From the NCBI GenBank assembly GCA_042219045.1, contig JBDGQO010000089.1, positions 1 through 48,280 of the forward strand: DNA of 48,280 nt. Reading direction: 5' to 3'. The notes below the pieces were generated by a model, which had not been told where the DNA came from, did no database searches, and was given only the letters and a program-made list of their open reading frames with translations. Shown here in pieces: positions 44,772-48,280 of the stretch; the first letter of the stretch is position 1, and each line of letters starts with the position of its first letter. Source of the DNA: Candidatus Bipolaricaulia bacterium. Lineage in GTDB: Bacteria > Bipolaricaulota > Bipolaricaulia > RBG-16-55-9. The position numbers were made by a program, and so were the translations under genes.

Positions 44772-45662
44772 ATGACCCATCTGGATCTGCGACGTTTGGT
44801 TGGCCTGATCGGCGTGACAACCATCATCGGACTCGTCTTTGTGACCGCCTATGGCGCTACGATCGACTGCACGGGACAGTTCAACTGCGTCGGAACTGAC
44901 GGTGCCGACACGTTCCTCGATGATCAAGACACAGCCGAAATTCAGGGCCTTGGCGGCGACGACACCATCACAGTCAGTGAGGGGTTCGCCCGTAATCAAG
45001 GCGGCAACAACGATGGTGCGACAAAAAGCGTGTTCGCTGGCCCGGGCAATGATACGATCGGCACCTCAGCTGGGCAGGGCACAAATAATCAGCTTGCCAA
45101 CACCAGCATATTTGCCGAAGTCGGCAATGATACCATCCGAATCAACACGGGCGATCAAACCAACAATAGCTTGTCCGGTACGTTTGACGGGGGTCGAGGC
45201 GATGACACCATCCTGATTGAAGGCATCTTGGGTGGCAATCAAGACACTGACACGGTCAGCGGCGGTTCCTTGATAAAGGACGGGCCGGGTCAAGACGTTA
45301 TTTTTCAAGACACTGGCGATAATCAGGCCAACAACAGTAACTCGAGCTTCACGGTCCGAATGACCGAGGACAATGAAGACGATACCGTCCGTTTGGACCT
45401 AGCTCGGGGTGATGGAACACAAAATAACGCAACGGGCAGCGTGGCCATCGTGTTGTCCCGTGGCAGTGGCCGTGACGTCATCCAGTGCAACGATCCCAAT
45501 ATCAATCAAGATCAGACGAACGCGGATAACGCGAACATTCGTCAGGGTACCGTTATCCTCAACGGCAACCGCAAAGCCGTCGATCCACAGGGCAATAATC
45601 TCTTCCGCGCGGCCCGACTCGGAGGCGTCGCTGAGACCGGCTGTGACGCCATCATTCCCTAA
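44772..45662 (+). CDS. Secreted protein with RTX/hemolysin-type Ca-binding repeats
   Basis: Hydrophobic N-terminal helix, then GTDGADTF, GLGGDDTI, AGPGNDTI, GGRGDDTI, DGPGQDVI, GSGRDVI. ATG 44772 follows GGGAGG. Confidence 0.75.
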   Translation: MTHLDLRRLVGLIGVTTIIGLVFVTAYGATIDCTGQFNCVGTDGADTFLDDQDTAEIQGLGGDDTITVSEGFARNQGGNNDGATKSVFAGPGNDTIGTSAGQGTNNQLANTSIFAEVGNDTIRINTGDQTNNSLSGTFDGGRGDDTILIEGILGGNQDTDTVSGGSLIKDGPGQDVIFQDTGDNQANNSNSSFTVRMTEDNEDDTVRLDLARGDGTQNNATGSVAIVLSRGSGRDVIQCNDPNINQDQTNADNANIRQGTVILNGNRKAVDPQGNNLFRAARLGGVAETGCDAIIP

Positions 45663-45939
45663 CAAGCTCAGGACTCCATCCATCCCGACCTAACATGTCG
45701 AGGGGCTTTCCATCCCGGAAGGCCCCTCATCTCATTCTGGCTGCTCCTCCAGCCCATCTTCGCAAACTCACCCGAACGCACTCCCGTCGGGCCCACCGCA
45801 CGACGGACAGCGGATAATGAACGGGTTATCGGATCAACGGTCAACGGCAATGCTGACCCACCCGTCCGCTTATCCGCTCCCTATCCGTTGACAGACCCTC
45901 TTGACAACCGACCGAACCGCTTTCGGTCGAGCGGCTGAG

Positions 45940-46017
45940 TGTGACAAACGTCACAGAATATCCACACTTGTGACCTATACCACAAACATATTCCGCTGAT
46001 TGGTGACGTGCATTACG
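45940..46017. promoter_or_regulatory. Array of CRP/FNR-family operator-like palindromes
   Basis: Perfect TGTGA-N6-TCACA (45940-45955), TGTGA-N6-CCACA (45969-45984), GGTGA-N6-TTACG (46002-46017). Confidence 0.65.
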
Positions 46018-46196
46018 GAAATTCGTCTCATCCTTGGGTTATACCTGTCTTAGCGATCCTCACAAAAACCAAAAATTCGATCAGGAGGTGACCGCAATCC
46101 TCGGAACATGGGCCTAGCGGTGAATGTGAAATCTCCAACACCCAAGACGCGTTCGCGAAAACACCCCTCGAGGGCAATTGCAGAGGAGGTTGGCAA

Positions 46197-48280
46197 ATGC
46201 TCAATCGACATAAAGCGTTGAGCGCAGCATTGACGCTTGTCTTTGCTTTGACGCTCACGATTCCGGCCTACGGCCAAGTCGAGATGACCGACGACGGGTT
46301 CCAAGCCAAGGCGGTGGAACCCGGCGAAGGCATCCCGATGGACACGACGACCGATCCGGCCGCGCTCGGGTCGGGCATTACCGTCATGCGCTTCGACATC
46401 AAGGATATCGACCCGCAGGCGGACGATCCGAGCGACGTGACGATCACCGAGCTGCAGGTCGACAACCTCGGCACCGCCAATCAGAAAGACATCGTCGAGG
46501 TCATGTGCCTGGACGGCGCCGGCAACGCGATCGCGCCGCTGGGCACGCCGAGCAGTCACTCCAACCCGAACATCACGTTCCAGGCGTTCTGTGACACCGA
46601 CTCCTACGTCATCCCGGACGGCCAAAAGCAGACGTTCGAGATCGCCGTGCGCACCGCCGGCACCAACACGCTGCAGGACGACGACCAGAACAACTCGTTG
46701 AGGCTGCGCGTCACGGCCAAGTACGAGGAGAAGGTCGGCAGCCCGCCGCGCAACTCGACGTTCACCGCCGAAGTGACCGACTCGAAGCCGGAGACGATCT
46801 ACAACGGCGGCCTCAACGACGTCAGTGAAGAGACCTATGGAACCTCGTCTCTCATGCCTGGCAATCAGGGCGTCGTCAGCCGCTTCACCGTCTGCGACAA
46901 GGACTCCAACGAGCACAACCTCGTCATGGACGAGCTGCTCATCAAGCAGGGCGACGACGGCACGGCGTTGTTCTCCGACTTCGCCAGCCTGAAGCTCTAT
47001 CGCGTGGAGAACAGCGGTCGCACCCAAGTCGGCTCCGTGACGCCGAACGTGTCCGCGAACCGCGGCGGTGCGGGCGACTCGCTGCCCATCCCCACCAACG
47101 TCTACCTCCAGGATGATCACTGCACCACGTTCGAGATCGAGGCGCACGTTTCGCCGTTTGCGTACAAGGGCAAGGTCATCCAGTTCGAGTACCAGATCAG
47201 CACGGAGGAGCCGGTCTCCTGGCCCATCGCGCAGAGCGTCGATCCTCAGCTGGTGACGAGCCAGCCCACGGCGATCGGCAAGGGAGTCTTGCAAATTGCC
47301 GACGCCGTCCTCCTTCCCGAGCGCAGCAACGGCGACCGCACCACGGTCGGCGTGCCGCTGAAGGTCAAGGGCTTCCCGCTTCCGGGCTTCGGCGGCCTGC
47401 AAGTCGGCTCCAACACCCTCTCCTACGATCCGAGCGTGGTCCGCGTCAAGGACGTCGTCGGCGTGGATCTGGACAATGACGACACCAACGACTACGTCGT
47501 CGACGTCGTGGAGAAGGACAACCGCCGCGGCGAGGTGCGCTTTACCGTGCGACTCAACCAGGCCACGGATGAAGCGCTGGACAAGCACATGAGCGGTGCC
47601 GACGTGCCGCTGGAAGAGCTGCCGCAGCAGGACGGCCCGGTCGCCTTCATCCGAGTCGAGGGCGTGGGCAAGCCTGGCGACAGCACGCGGATGAACCTGA
47701 CCTTTGAGGAGGTTAAGACCGCCGACAACCAGGCGATCACCGATGACGTCGGCACGGACTCCGGCGTCATGGAGATCGTTCCGCCGGGCGACCTCAACCG
47801 CGACGGCAACGTCAGCGTCAACGACTCGCTCATGCTCGGCCAGGCGCTGCTCAACGACTGCGCCAATCTCACCGACACGCAGAAGCGGATCGCCGACGTC
47901 GCGGACCCGCGGGCCGCGGTGGACTCGGTGCCCTCCTGTACCGGCAACTCACCGGAGTTGGACTCGGCCGACGTGGCTGAGATCTCCAGCCTCGCGCTCG
48001 ACTCGGGCGCCAGTTCGGCCGGAGTGGAAGCCTCGGACGCGGAGCAGCCGACCGTCCAGCCGCTCAGCGTCAACCGCATCCAATCGACGATGACGGGCGG
48101 CACGCTGGGCATTAGTGCCATCGGCCAGGGCATCACCGGCATGCAGGTGGACGTCTTCAACCTCTCGGGCGACCACGTCATCAGCGAGCGCGCGACGACC
48201 GACCAGCTGCGCGTCCGCATGAGTTCGAACACGGGTCAGCCGCTGGCCAACGGCGTCTACCTCTACACGGTGACGATCGA
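46197..48280 (+). CDS. Paralog of the 42570 protein (cohesin-like + dockerin-like + T9SS-like C-terminal domain); runs off the window end; absent from ORF track
   Basis: Manual translation from ATG 46197 (after GAGGAGG): MLNRHKALSAALTLVFALTLTIPAYGQVE..DIDPQADDPSDV..YNGGLND..SRFTVCD..PGDLNRDGNVSVNDS..LDSADV..LANGVYLYTVTI. Colinear with 42570-44699. Confidence 0.9.
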   Translation, partial: MLNRHKALSAALTLVFALTLTIPAYGQVEMTDDGFQAKAVEPGEGIPMDTTTDPAALGSGITVMRFDIKDIDPQADDPSDVTITELQVDNLGTANQKDIVEVMCLDGAGNAIAPLGTPSSHSNPNITFQAFCDTDSYVIPDGQKQTFEIAVRTAGTNTLQDDDQNNSLRLRVTAKYEEKVGSPPRNSTFTAEVTDSKPETIYNGGLNDVSEETYGTSSLMPGNQGVVSRFTVCDKDSNEHNLVMDELLIKQGDDGTALFSDFASLKLYRVENSGRTQVGSVTPNVSANRGGAGDSLPIPTNVYLQDDHCTTFEIEAHVSPFAYKGKVIQFEYQISTEEPVSWPIAQSVDPQLVTSQPTAIGKGVLQIADAVLLPERSNGDRTTVGVPLKVKGFPLPGFGGLQVGSNTLSYDPSVVRVKDVVGVDLDNDDTNDYVVDVVEKDNRRGEVRFTVRLNQATDEALDKHMSGADVPLEELPQQDGPVAFIRVEGVGKPGDSTRMNLTFEEVKTADNQAITDDVGTDSGVMEIVPPGDLNRDGNVSVNDSLMLGQALLNDCANLTDTQKRIADVADPRAAVDSVPSCTGNSPELDSADVAEISSLALDSGASSAGVEASDAEQPTVQPLSVNRIQSTMTGGTLGISAIGQGITGMQVDVFNLSGDHVISERATTDQLRVRMSSNTGQPLANGVYLYTVTI

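Noticed and set aside
36522..48280. Calling this a cellulosome
   Set aside because: No glycoside hydrolase, CBM or multi-cohesin scaffoldin is recognisable in the window.

Overview
High-GC bacterial window of about 45 genes, with no rRNA, tRNA, CRISPR array or transposase/integrase seen. Many proteins are acidic. The repeated C-terminal LANGVYLY motif makes me suspect a halophilic Bipolaricaulota/Acetothermia-like organism, which is inference only. From left to right: (1) an orphan GTP-derived metabolite cluster (CDP-alcohol phosphotransferase, RibA-RibD-reductase fusion, Zn-ADH-like enzyme, QueD/PTPS-like enzyme, glycosyltransferase, methyltransferase); (2) a TIM-barrel protein and a Gfo/Idh/MocA-aldo-keto reductase fusion; (3) a long minus-strand run ribE-ribBA-ribH, MTHFR-like, wzz, PGI/PMI, manC, PGM, alkaline-phosphatase-superfamily enzyme and sat/cysC, interrupted by three Uma2 nucleases; (4) yidC-jag; (5) the most striking locus, an operon behind a perfect-consensus promoter in which rnfC, rnfD and two unusual Fe-S genes sit between cytochrome b6 and subunit IV of a split Rieske/cytochrome b complex, with no rnfA/E/G and no cytochrome c; (6) an aldehyde dehydrogenase whose 3' end is duplicated around toxin-antitoxin cassettes; (7) an exosortase with its vWA substrate; and (8) large secreted cohesin/dockerin proteins that share a T9SS-like C-terminal domain, two of them preceded by CRP-type operator sites. 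All family calls come from motif recognition by eye, not from database searches.
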